Source: an uncultured Bacillales bacterium
GTDB taxonomy: Bacteria; Bacillota_I; Bacilli_A; RFN20; CAG-826
NCBI GenBank assembly: GCA_946185585.1
Contig: CAMHJP010000001.1
Coordinates: forward strand, 15,646-79,645
Direction: 5' to 3'
DNA length: 64,000 bases
The notes beneath the pieces were generated by a model that had not been told where the DNA came from, made no database searches, and saw only the letters and a program-made list of their open reading frames with translations. Of this stretch, positions 29,331 through 41,723 are shown piece by piece. Both the position numbers and the translations under genes were made by a program. Numbering within the stretch: position 1 is the first letter of the stretch; the number at the start of each line of letters is the position of its first letter.

Positions 29331-29725
29331 TTAATGATTAATTGTATTGATTCGGGAGAGTGCTCGATAAAGAGCCATTTTTGCTCGTTTGAGATCAATG
29401 CCATCTCCACGAGATTTTAATCTTTCCTCAGCACGTTCTTTTGCTTTCTTGGCTCGTTCTAGATCAATCTCGTCTTCTCTTTCGATGGTGTTGACCATTA
29501 ACGTAACTTTCTCATTTGTCACATTTAATGCGCCACCATGAAGAGCATAGTAGATTGTTTTACCATCTTTTTTAATGTGCATTGGTCCATAACCAAGCGC
29601 ACCAATCATTGGAGTATGCTTTGGAAGAATAGTTACGTATCCACCACTTAGTTTCACGTTTAAAGACTCGACTTGTTCATCGAGATAACATCCTCTTGGT
29701 GTAACGATAACTAATTCAAAAGTCA

Positions 29726-29726
<1 letters not shown>
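29331..29726 (-). CDS. atpC: F1 ATP synthase epsilon subunit
   Basis: 131 aa beginning MTFELVIVTP...VTILPKHTP. Confidence 0.9.
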
Positions 29727-31129
<1,403 letters not shown>

Positions 31130-31137
31130 TTACCTCC

Positions 31138-31976
31138 TTAGAGTTGACCCGAGACGATTTCAGTAATCTCTTGGGTAATGGCGGCTTGTCTAGCCTTATT
31201 GTATTCGAGTGTTAATTGATCAATTAATTCATCAGCATTATCCGAGGCGTTTTCCATTGCGGTACGTCTGGCGGTTTGTTCAGAAACAATTGATTCAACT
31301 ACTTTTTGGAAGAGAATGGCATTTAAGTAAACTGGAACAAGTTCTTCGATTAAGGTCTTAACATCGGTATCAAAGATTGGTGGATATCGATAATCTTCAC
31401 TTCTTCCCTCGTTTACTAGCGGGAATAATTTGAGGTCACAAGGAACAAATTTTAAAGAGTTGACATAATGTGTGTAAACAAGGTGCACGCTACGATATTT
31501 TCCTTGTTTAAATAAGGAATCAAGCGTCCGTCCAAGTTTATTAATGTGAGTCATACTAATTGAGTCAGCACAATGAAGAAGATCGTTATTCACTTCATAA
31601 CCTTCCTCGCTATAAATGTTTTGTGACTTTGAGCCGACAAGATATAAAACAGATTTGTCTTTATCAATGTTTTGTTTAACAAAGTTAAACAGGTTATTGT
31701 TGTAACCGGCACAAAGTCCGAAATTAGAATGAATCACGACATATAAATCTTTGTCAGCTTTTGGTTCTTTGCAGTAAACAATTTCTTCATCAATTTGACG
31801 TGCGAAAAGTTCTTGAATGAGTGCAGCAATTTCGTTGCTGTATCGTTCATTATTCTCCATTAATCGACGGAACTTTTTTAACTTCACGGTGGAAACAAGT
31901 TCCATCGCTTTGGTTATTTTCTTAGTCGAGTTAATCGAGGCGATTCGACGTTTAGTTTTGTGAAGAGATTGCGCCA

Positions 31977-31977
<1 letters not shown>
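31138..31977 (-). CDS. atpG: F1 ATP synthase gamma subunit
   Basis: 279 aa with a conserved C-terminus AAITQEITEIVSG. Confidence 0.9.
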
Positions 31978-34021
<2,044 letters not shown>

Positions 34022-34023
34022 AA

Positions 34024-34566
34024 TTATTCTTTATGTTCTAAATCAGAGATAAACTCATTAATGAGTTTTTCATTATCCTTTTGATTAACTTCCCTGGATA
34101 AGACTTTCTTTGATGCGTCAAAAGCGACATCAACGATTTGGGAATGAATTTCATCCTTACTCTTTTCAATTTCTTGTTCGATTTCTTGTTTGGCACGCAT
34201 GACTTCTTGATCAGCTTCTTCTTTGGCTTTAGCGTGGATTTTTTGTCTTTCTTTATCAGCGTCAACTTTGGCTTGTTCGACAATAACTAAAGCTTCTTGA
34301 CGAGATTTCTTTAGTTCAAGTTGGGCTTCTTCGACTTTTTCGGCAGCTTCTTTTTCGCTTTGTTCAGCATTACGAAGCTTTTCTTCCACGTAGTCAGCAC
34401 GTTTTTTGATCAGTTTTTTCACTGGTTTATAGGCAAAGTAGAAAACAACGATTAACAAAAGAACAAAAGCTAAGAAAACAGCTAAAGCATCCCAAGGATT
34501 TGGGAAGAGTTTTTCTAAGAAACCTTCTTTTGTAATAACGTCATCATAAATGACAAGATGTTCCAT
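34024..34566 (-). CDS. atpF: ATP synthase Fo subunit b
   Basis: 180 aa with an N-terminal TM helix and a long charged helix. Confidence 0.8.
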   Translation of the reverse strand: MEHLVIYDDVITKEGFLEKLFPNPWDALAVFLAFVLLLIVVFYFAYKPVKKLIKKRADYVEEKLRNAEQSEKEAAEKVEEAQLELKKSRQEALVIVEQAKVDADKERQKIHAKAKEEADQEVMRAKQEIEQEIEKSKDEIHSQIVDVAFDASKKVLSREVNQKDNEKLINEFISDLEHKE

Positions 34567-34593
34567 AAGTGCCTCCTTTCAATCAACAAGAAA

Positions 34594-34818
34594 TTAGAAT
34601 ACGAAGAGTAAGAGAATTGAAATTAATAACGAGTAAATACCACAGGTTTCAACAAGGGCACAGCCGATAATCATTGAGGAACGTAACTTTCCATACATTT
34701 CTGGATTACGTGACATACCTTCAATGGCTTTACCACAGAGATAACCTTCACCAATTGATGATGCGCCAGCACTAAGAATAGCGATACCAGCAGCAATGGC
34801 AATTAATGGATCTTTCAT
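34594..34818 (-). CDS. atpE: ATP synthase Fo subunit c
   Basis: 74 aa two-TM hairpin with a conserved carboxylate (E) in helix 2. Confidence 0.85.
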   Translation of the reverse strand: MKDPLIAIAAGIAILSAGASSIGEGYLCGKAIEGMSRNPEMYGKLRSSMIIGCALVETCGIYSLLISILLLFVF

Positions 34819-35576
34819 GCATGATTCTCCTTTCTAGTAGCTAAAGCTACTTCTGTTTCAACATCTTCTGGGCGTTCTTGAGCAATAAATAGCATCGTCA
34901 AGAAGACAAAGACCATCGTCTGGATAAATCCAGAGAAGAGGTCAAAGTAAGCATGGAAAACAGGAGTTACAATCGGAGAAATAAACACCGAATTAAGACC
35001 TTCTGGAGCGAATGAGAAAATCGCTGCCGAGATATTTCCAAGCAAACTATTTAATAAAGAAATTAACACCCAACCAACAATGGCGTTACCAAACATACGA
35101 AGGGTCATCGAAATTAATGGAGCCCACATGGAGATTAAGTTCACTGGTAAGAAAACAGGGATTGGGTCAATAAAACGTTTGAAATATCTCCATCTCGTAT
35201 ATCGAATTGATGTAACGTGAATTAAAACGAAGGTGATTAAAGCTAATGTAAGAGGAACAGCTAAGTTGCTCATTGGGGTTGGCAAGCCAGTAATTCCAAT
35301 GGTAAATGAGAGGAATAAGAAAGGAATTATTGCTAGTAATAATCCACCAAAATTCTCAAATCCTGGACCCATTGTTTCGTGAACTGTGCCATCAAGTTTT
35401 TCAACACACCATTCCACAAGTAAAAGCAAACCTTTTGGTTTCTTTGTTGGATCAGCTTTTTTAGCTAAGATACCAACAACAATGGCTAAAATCATTAAAA
35501 CTCCGATGATCAAAAGAGCGACGATAATTTCGCCGGTTGGGTTAAAGCTCTTAAATGATTCGGAGGAGTAAGGCAT
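34815..35576 (-). CDS. atpB: ATP synthase Fo subunit a
   Basis: 253 aa polytopic protein with LTMRMFGN in the R-containing helix. Confidence 0.85.
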   Translation of the reverse strand: MPYSSESFKSFNPTGEIIVALLIIGVLMILAIVVGILAKKADPTKKPKGLLLLVEWCVEKLDGTVHETMGPGFENFGGLLLAIIPFLFLSFTIGITGLPTPMSNLAVPLTLALITFVLIHVTSIRYTRWRYFKRFIDPIPVFLPVNLISMWAPLISMTLRMFGNAIVGWVLISLLNSLLGNISAAIFSFAPEGLNSVFISPIVTPVFHAYFDLFSGFIQTMVFVFLTMLFIAQERPEDVETEVALATRKENHA

Positions 35577-36004
35577 TATTTTAATTCACCAATATTCATG
35601 AAGTTCTTTTTCTCTCTTGTCATAACAATGGCAACAACAACGACCATTGGGACAAAAGCGATTAATAGGCCAAAAACAGAGTTTTTAAAGGCCGGAATTT
35701 GTTGAGAGATATCAAGATATGCTAATAAAACGGTCATTCCGATATAGATGAGCATTCTTGTGAAATAGAAAAGTAAGAATAACGAGGCTTTGTAATTTTT
35801 TAAAGCAATACTGCTACCTTTGAATAGCAAAACCACATTGATTGCTGAGACGACCATCCCGATTGATGCTCCAATCAACCATCCTGGTTGAGAGAAGAAT
35901 AAACCAATACAAGATAAGGCAATTAAAGCTAGACCAAAAAGGCAGCAATAAATAACTAAACGCACTAAAGTGCTTTGGGAAGAGAATAACTTTTTCATAC
36001 GCAT
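35576..36004 (-). CDS. atpI: ATP synthase protein I-like small membrane protein
   Basis: 142 aa with 4 TM helices, located first in the atp operon. Confidence 0.45.
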   Translation of the reverse strand: MRMKKLFSSQSTLVRLVIYCCLFGLALIALSCIGLFFSQPGWLIGASIGMVVSAINVVLLFKGSSIALKNYKASLFLLFYFTRMLIYIGMTVLLAYLDISQQIPAFKNSVFGLLIAFVPMVVVVAIVMTREKKNFMNIGELK

Positions 36005-36023
36005 ATATTAAATACGCGAACAA

Positions 36024-36058
36024 AAAAAGTCAATCCATTTGGACTGACTTTTTAATAG
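36024..36058. terminator. Hairpin terminator between pfk and the atp operon
   Basis: aaaaaAGTCAATCCAtttGGACTGACTttttaa. Confidence 0.6.
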
Positions 36059-36069
36059 TTAGTTTTATC

Positions 36070-37275
36070 TTACTTCACGAGTACTCTTTTTAAGACGCAT
36101 GATTTAATAATTCCGTTTTCCATTTGAACTGGAATTTCGCCTTGAATAAGTGGTAAGCAGTAGTCACGGAATGATTGTGCCATTCTGGTATCATCAACCA
36201 TCATTGATGTTGGAACTTTTTGTTCAACATTAGCGATTAATGAGATATCAACTGGTTCATAGCTTACTTTGTAAGGTTTATTTGAAACACGCTTAATCGC
36301 GATCATGTGTCCGGTCATTCCTTCAAGAGCTTTTTGGACAGCGATTGAACCACACATAATTGCTTCATCAGAGTCAACTTTGGAAGTTAAGAATGAGTAG
36401 GCACGTTGTGGTAAAGAAAGTTCAATCGCACGGATTGGATAACCAAGCTTATTTTCAACGATTTTAGCAAGGTCTGCTCCAGCTCCACCAAGTTGCATGT
36501 GTCCAAAGGAGTCGACACGAGCGTTAGAAGTGTCTCTTTCGAAGATGATTCCTTCGGAAACAGCGACAATAGCGTTGCCTTTCTTCTTGTATAAAGCATC
36601 AACTTTTTTGAGGAAATCTTCCATGTCAAATTTGTTTTCTGGAAGATAGATTAAGTCTGGACGAGCTTCTTCTGGGAGAAGGTCAACCGCTGCTGTTAAC
36701 CAGCCAGCGTTGCGTCCCATGACTTCGATGATGTAGACTTTACCTTTCTTGTAGCAAACAGCGTCTAAGATAATTTCTTTTGTGGTGTTAACAACGTATT
36801 TTGCAGCACTACCAAAACCTAAAGAGTGGTCGGTAATAGCGAGGTCGTTATCAACAGTTTTTGGAACACCCATAACCTTGATATCAAGACCTTTCTCTTT
36901 ACAAAGTAAAGAAAGTTTGTAACAAGTATCCATGGAGTCGTTACCACCATTGACGAAAACGTAACCAATATTATGCTTCTCACAGGTCTCTAAAATCTTC
37001 GCATATTCTTCATCGTGGAAGTCTTTTGGAAGTTTATGACGGGAGGTTCCTAAAATTGAACCTGGAGTTTGTTTTAAGAGTTCGATTTGTTCTGGATCTT
37101 CTTTTCCAAAATCGATGATGTTATCGGTCAGAAGTCCTTCAATTCCGTTAAGTGAACCATAGATGTGGGAGATTTCTGGATGCTTTTGAGCTTCTTTGAT
37201 TGCTCCATATAAGGAAGTGTTAATAACACTTGTTGGTCCACCAGATTGAATGTAAACCATTGCTTTTGAATTCAT
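36070..37275 (-). CDS. 6-phosphofructokinase, long form with PPi-type signature residues
   Basis: 401 aa of the PFK family (VMGRNAGWL, ...DND...). GGNDS replaces GGDGS, giving Asp at the Gly104 position. GVPKTVDND gives Lys at the Gly124 position. This D/K pair is characteristic of PPi-dependent PFKs. Confidence 0.8.
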   Translation of the reverse strand: MNSKAMVYIQSGGPTSVINTSLYGAIKEAQKHPEISHIYGSLNGIEGLLTDNIIDFGKEDPEQIELLKQTPGSILGTSRHKLPKDFHDEEYAKILETCEKHNIGYVFVNGGNDSMDTCYKLSLLCKEKGLDIKVMGVPKTVDNDLAITDHSLGFGSAAKYVVNTTKEIILDAVCYKKGKVYIIEVMGRNAGWLTAAVDLLPEEARPDLIYLPENKFDMEDFLKKVDALYKKKGNAIVAVSEGIIFERDTSNARVDSFGHMQLGGAGADLAKIVENKLGYPIRAIELSLPQRAYSFLTSKVDSDEAIMCGSIAVQKALEGMTGHMIAIKRVSNKPYKVSYEPVDISLIANVEQKVPTSMMVDDTRMAQSFRDYCLPLIQGEIPVQMENGIIKSCVLKRVLVK

Positions 37276-37369
37276 TTAATTAGTCTCCTTAATTATTAAA
37301 ATAAGAAATACGCTATAATTTTATTGAAATTATATTACCTCGTAAAGCAAAAATAGTTATTCAGGCGTA

Positions 37370-37383
37370 TGTAAGCGCTTGTA
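37370..37383. promoter_or_regulatory. cre-like catabolite responsive element (TGTAAGCGCTTGTA)
   Basis: Near-perfect match to the Firmicutes cre consensus WTGNAANCGNWNNCW. It lies in the divergent pfk / udk-like intergenic region, and a CcpA-like regulator is encoded at 5454-6464. Confidence 0.45.
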
Positions 37384-37437
37384 TAAACGTTTCTAATCAT
37401 TTAAAATTAATCGTGCGATATTAAAGGAGGCATATAA

Positions 37438-39081
37438 ATGTCATTCAAACTGAAATATCTTGGAAAAGAGAAAACTTTCGCATCAAAAGTTAAACTTCTT
37501 GATCTACTTGATAAAGAAGATAAATCTTTTGTTTGTGCCCGTGTGAACAACCGTGTTCGCGAATTAACTTATGAAGTCTATTACGACGCTAATGTTGAAT
37601 TTTTAACTGTCAAAGACAGTGATGCGATTCGTACATATGAAGCTTCACTTCGTTTCGTTTTAGCGATGGCTATCCACAATGTGGATCCATCTCTTGAAGT
37701 ACGATTCTGCTATAACGTTTCACGTTCAGTCTTCGTTCAAATCTTAAACGAAGGAAGACGTGCCACACCTGAACTTGTTGAAGAAGTTGATAAGGAAATG
37801 CAAAAAATTATTGCTGCTGATTATCCACTTGAAAGAGGTGTTTATACCAAAGAAGAAGCTGCTAACATCTATCGTGACCACCACTTAGATGACAAGTTAG
37901 CCATTCTCCAATACCGTCCAGAAAAAACTGTTCACCTTTATAACTGTAATGGTTATATGAACTATATGTTTAGCAGAATGGTTCCATCAACTGGTTACCT
38001 TACTTCTTATAAATTAAGACTTTATTCTCCAGGCATTATTGTCCAATATCCACGTAGTGAATGTGGAGGAGAAATTCCACCATTCGAAGATGCTCCAACA
38101 TTTGGTAAGACTCTAAAAGAGTCTCATGAATGGGGAAAGATTGCTGGTGCTGACTCTGTTGCCGGAATCAATGAGCACATCCACCGTGATGGCGTGATTG
38201 ATTTTATTCAACTTTGTGAAGCTCGCCATAACCGCATGTTAACAACTCTTGGAGATATGATTTCCAAAGACATCGATAACATTCGTTTAATTTGTATCGC
38301 TGGTCCATCAAGTTCTGGTAAAACAACATTTGCTAACCGATTAAGAGTAGAACTCTTATCAAGAGGTATTAAACCAATCCGTATCTCGATTGATGACTAC
38401 TATTTAACTAAAGCAGAAGCACCAAAGGATGAAGATGGAAAGCCAGATCTTGAATCAATCGAAGCTCTCGATATTGAATTATTCAACCAAAACATGCTTG
38501 ATTTAATCAACGGAAAAGAAGTTCAATTACCAAAATTTGATTTCAAACTTGGTAAGAGAGTTCCAGGACGTATCTTAAAGGTCGGCCCAACTGAACCAAT
38601 TATTATTGAAGGTATTCACGCGTTAAATGATCGTATGACAACACTCATTCCGCGTCACCAAAAATTCAAAATCTTCATTGCTCCTCAAGCACAAATTAAC
38701 CTTGATAACGTGAACCCAGTATCCATTACAGATCTTCGTTTACTCCGTCGTTTAGTTCGTGACTACAAGTTCCGTGCTGCCTCAGCTGAAGAAACATTCA
38801 GTATGTGGCCAAGTGTCCGTCGTGGAGAATTTAAATGGATCTATGACACCCAAGAAGGTGCTGATTACGTTTATAACTCCATGCTCTCATACGAACTTTG
38901 TGTCATGAAGAAATACGCGATGCCACTTCTTGAAGCAGTTGATCGTGAAGACAAGTACTTCCCAGTTGCCGAAAGACTCATCCGTATGCTCAAATACTTC
39001 GATGATATGCCAGATGAATGGGTCCCATGTAACTCCCTTATGAGAGAGTTTATTGGCGGATCTTGTTACGAAGGCGCTTAA
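37438..39081 (+). CDS. Uridine kinase-family protein with N-terminal ThrRS/TGS-like domain
   Basis: 547 aa. The C-terminal half carries a P-loop (IAGPSSSGKTTFANRL) and the Udk-like motifs DDYYL, KFDFKLGKR and IIIEGIHAL. The N-terminal roughly 250 aa resembles TGS/ThrRS N-terminal domains. Confidence 0.7.
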   Translation: MSFKLKYLGKEKTFASKVKLLDLLDKEDKSFVCARVNNRVRELTYEVYYDANVEFLTVKDSDAIRTYEASLRFVLAMAIHNVDPSLEVRFCYNVSRSVFVQILNEGRRATPELVEEVDKEMQKIIAADYPLERGVYTKEEAANIYRDHHLDDKLAILQYRPEKTVHLYNCNGYMNYMFSRMVPSTGYLTSYKLRLYSPGIIVQYPRSECGGEIPPFEDAPTFGKTLKESHEWGKIAGADSVAGINEHIHRDGVIDFIQLCEARHNRMLTTLGDMISKDIDNIRLICIAGPSSSGKTTFANRLRVELLSRGIKPIRISIDDYYLTKAEAPKDEDGKPDLESIEALDIELFNQNMLDLINGKEVQLPKFDFKLGKRVPGRILKVGPTEPIIIEGIHALNDRMTTLIPRHQKFKIFIAPQAQINLDNVNPVSITDLRLLRRLVRDYKFRAASAEETFSMWPSVRRGEFKWIYDTQEGADYVYNSMLSYELCVMKKYAMPLLEAVDREDKYFPVAERLIRMLKYFDDMPDEWVPCNSLMREFIGGSCYEGA

Positions 39082-39096
39082 TCAAAGATAAAACAA

Positions 39097-39127
39097 AAAG
39101 AACCAGCAATTCCTGGTTCTTTTTTAT
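39097..39127. terminator. Bidirectional terminator (AGAACCAGcaattcCTGGTTCT hairpin)
   Basis: aaAGAACCAGcaattcCTGGTTCTttttt. Confidence 0.8.
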
Positions 39128-40242
39128 TTTTCTTCACGTTTTGAGTAGGTTTTTGCAAATCTCTTTTTTTCGCGGTTGTAAATGTAAAAGAGGATTGAAT
39201 AATATGTTTTCTTCATCACCGTGTATCGGTCAGCTTCTTCTTTGGAAATACGAGATAAATAGAATTCCGAGAAGATCTTTTCATAACGGAAGAAACATTC
39301 ATAAACGGTGAGCAAAGTGAGTCTTAAGTAATACTCGTCTCGAGAATAAATCAGAATTGGTGAGGAGTGAGAAATCTCTGACGCCATTTCATAAAGTTTT
39401 GAGTATGCGGATAATCCAGCTAAACGTTCTACTCCATCACGGAAGTTAAATTTAAACTGCGGATCTTCATTATAATTTGGTACAGCAGTTAACCAACCAT
39501 ACTCGATATATTTCTTCATGTCTTTACTCTTTAATTCAAGAGCGTGCATTCCTTCTTTTAGTTCGGCAAAGATTTTGTCATCTTCTTCTTTATCTTTAAC
39601 TCCACCACGGAAGGCAACACCGTATTTTAAGTGTTGGACATACTTATTTTGGATTGGAGTTCCGTATTTATTTAACAAATGAAGAATACATTCATTTTCA
39701 TGAAGTGTTCTCCATAAGGAGAACGCCTCTGTTCCAAACCCATCAACAACAAGGTCTAATATGGCTTTCATAATTGAGAAGCCTTTGTGCATCACATCAA
39801 GAACTAATGTTTCGTTTGGATTGTTCTTTGGAAAACGAGAAAGCATTCCAAGCATAAAGTTCAGATATAAATCTAGATTAGAAACAACTGGAGAATACTT
39901 TGTTGTTAGACGTGTGTTCTTGTAGTTTAGATGTTCGTTGGTAAAGTATTTATCCACCGCCAATGAAACAATGCGAGAAATCGCTGCTTCATCATCTTTG
40001 AGTGATTTACAATCAACATCGTGGGAATCAAGATAGAATCCAAATTCATTAATTAAGTAAAGTGTTAATGGGAATGAATTAACAGGAACAGCTTTACCAA
40101 AGAGATTTGATTGAGATAATTCGATTGCTCCCTCATAAGCAATTTCATATGCTTCAAAAACAACTTCAGGATCAATTTGCGAACGAACTTGAAGTTGGTT
40201 GAAGAGGTTAATAAATTGTTCGTGAGAAAGAATATTCTTCAT
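39124..40242 (-). CDS. Hypothetical cytoplasmic protein (372 aa), last gene of pepP-glpK operon
   Basis: No TM segment and no motif I can assign. Lys/Tyr-rich C-terminus. Separated from the glpK stop by 2 nt. Confidence 0.5.
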   Translation of the reverse strand: MKNILSHEQFINLFNQLQVRSQIDPEVVFEAYEIAYEGAIELSQSNLFGKAVPVNSFPLTLYLINEFGFYLDSHDVDCKSLKDDEAAISRIVSLAVDKYFTNEHLNYKNTRLTTKYSPVVSNLDLYLNFMLGMLSRFPKNNPNETLVLDVMHKGFSIMKAILDLVVDGFGTEAFSLWRTLHENECILHLLNKYGTPIQNKYVQHLKYGVAFRGGVKDKEEDDKIFAELKEGMHALELKSKDMKKYIEYGWLTAVPNYNEDPQFKFNFRDGVERLAGLSAYSKLYEMASEISHSSPILIYSRDEYYLRLTLLTVYECFFRYEKIFSEFYLSRISKEEADRYTVMKKTYYSILFYIYNREKKRFAKTYSKREEK

Positions 40243-40244
40243 TG

Positions 40245-41723
40245 TTAATTTTTAAATTTAATTGCAGATTTCACCGCAATTTCCCATCCTTTATATAATT
40301 TTCGAGCCTCATTTTGGTTCATTTTTGGATGGAAGTTTTTAGCGATCGTATGAGCGTTACTAATTTCATCAAGCGAGGAGAAGAAACCAGAACCTAAACC
40401 AGCCATAAATGCGGCACCAATCGCGGTTGATTCTAAGCAAGTAGGTTTAGAAACTGGAATATCTAAAATATCGCTTTGGAATTGAAGCATGATGTCAGAG
40501 TTAGTAACACCACCATCGACATAAAGTCGATTAATCTTTATTTTTGATTCTTGCTCCATGACAGAGAAGACATCCTTACATTGGAAAGCAATGGCTTGAA
40601 GAGTTGCTAAAGCAAAATGGTCTAATGTTGTTCCAGCGCTAATACCAAAGAAAGCACCGCGAACATCATCATCCCAGTATGGAGTTCCTAAACCAACAAA
40701 AGCTGGAACAAAATAAACTCCACCAGTGTTTGGGACACGTTGTGCCATGATGTTTACATCATTTGAGTGCTTAATAATATGTAATCCGTCTCTTAACCAT
40801 TTAATCGCGGAACCACAAACGAACACCGAACCTTCTAACGCATAAGAGACTTCTCCATGAAGATCCCAGGCGATTGTTGTTAATAATCCTTTTTTAGAAA
40901 GAACTGGTTTTTCACCAATGTTCATTAACATGAAGCAGCCTGTTCCGTATGTCGATTTAGACATTCCTGGTTCAAAACAATTTTGACCAAATAAAGCGGC
41001 TTGTTGGTCACCGATAACACCAGTAATTGGTGTGTCTTTATCAAGAAGAGAGATTGCACCAAAGTTAGCATCACAGGATTTCACTTCTGGAAGCATTTTT
41101 CTTGGAATATTAAATAACTTTAATAAGTCTTCATCCCATTCTTTGGTGTTAATGTTAAATAACATCGTACGGGACGCGTTGGTGATATCAGTGGCGTGTA
41201 CATCACCTTTTGTTAATTTATAAATTAACCAGGAGTCGACAGTACCAAACAATAGTTCTCCAGCTTCGGCTCTTTCTTGACCTCTTGGAAGATGATCAAG
41301 AATGTAACGAATCTTTGAAGCAGAGAAATAAGGGTTAATAATTAAGCCAGTCTTTTCATGAATAGTTTCTTCGTGTTTCATGATTCGGTCACAAATACCT
41401 TGCGATTGACGAGATTGCCAAACTATACCTTTCGAAACTGGTAATCCTGTGGTCTTCGACCACACGATTGTTGTTTCACGTTGGTTTGTAATACCAACAC
41501 AGGCAATCGAATCCCATCCAACATTGGCTTTTTCTAAAGCTGTTTGAATAACATCCACTACTCCAGCAAAAAGTTCGTTCGCGTCAACTTCGACGTACCC
41601 GCTTTTTGGGTATTCTAATGGGAGTTCTCTTTGGGCAAAGGCAACAGTTAAACCGCCTTTATTAAATAAGATTGCTCGACTAGATGTTGTTCCTTGGTCA
41701 ATAACAAGAATGTACTTATTCAT
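40245..41723 (-). CDS. glpK: Glycerol kinase
   Basis: 492 aa beginning MNKYILVIDQGTTSSRAILF, with FGGY family motifs. Confidence 0.95.
   Translation of the reverse strand: MNKYILVIDQGTTSSRAILFNKGGLTVAFAQRELPLEYPKSGYVEVDANELFAGVVDVIQTALEKANVGWDSIACVGITNQRETTIVWSKTTGLPVSKGIVWQSRQSQGICDRIMKHEETIHEKTGLIINPYFSASKIRYILDHLPRGQERAEAGELLFGTVDSWLIYKLTKGDVHATDITNASRTMLFNINTKEWDEDLLKLFNIPRKMLPEVKSCDANFGAISLLDKDTPITGVIGDQQAALFGQNCFEPGMSKSTYGTGCFMLMNIGEKPVLSKKGLLTTIAWDLHGEVSYALEGSVFVCGSAIKWLRDGLHIIKHSNDVNIMAQRVPNTGGVYFVPAFVGLGTPYWDDDVRGAFFGISAGTTLDHFALATLQAIAFQCKDVFSVMEQESKIKINRLYVDGGVTNSDIMLQFQSDILDIPVSKPTCLESTAIGAAFMAGLGSGFFSSLDEISNAHTIAKNFHPKMNQNEARKLYKGWEIAVKSAIKFKN

Noticed and set aside
35814-36023. 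69-aa ORF overlapping the atpI start region
   Set aside because: It sits on the same strand as atpI in a different frame, with no RBS. Spurious.
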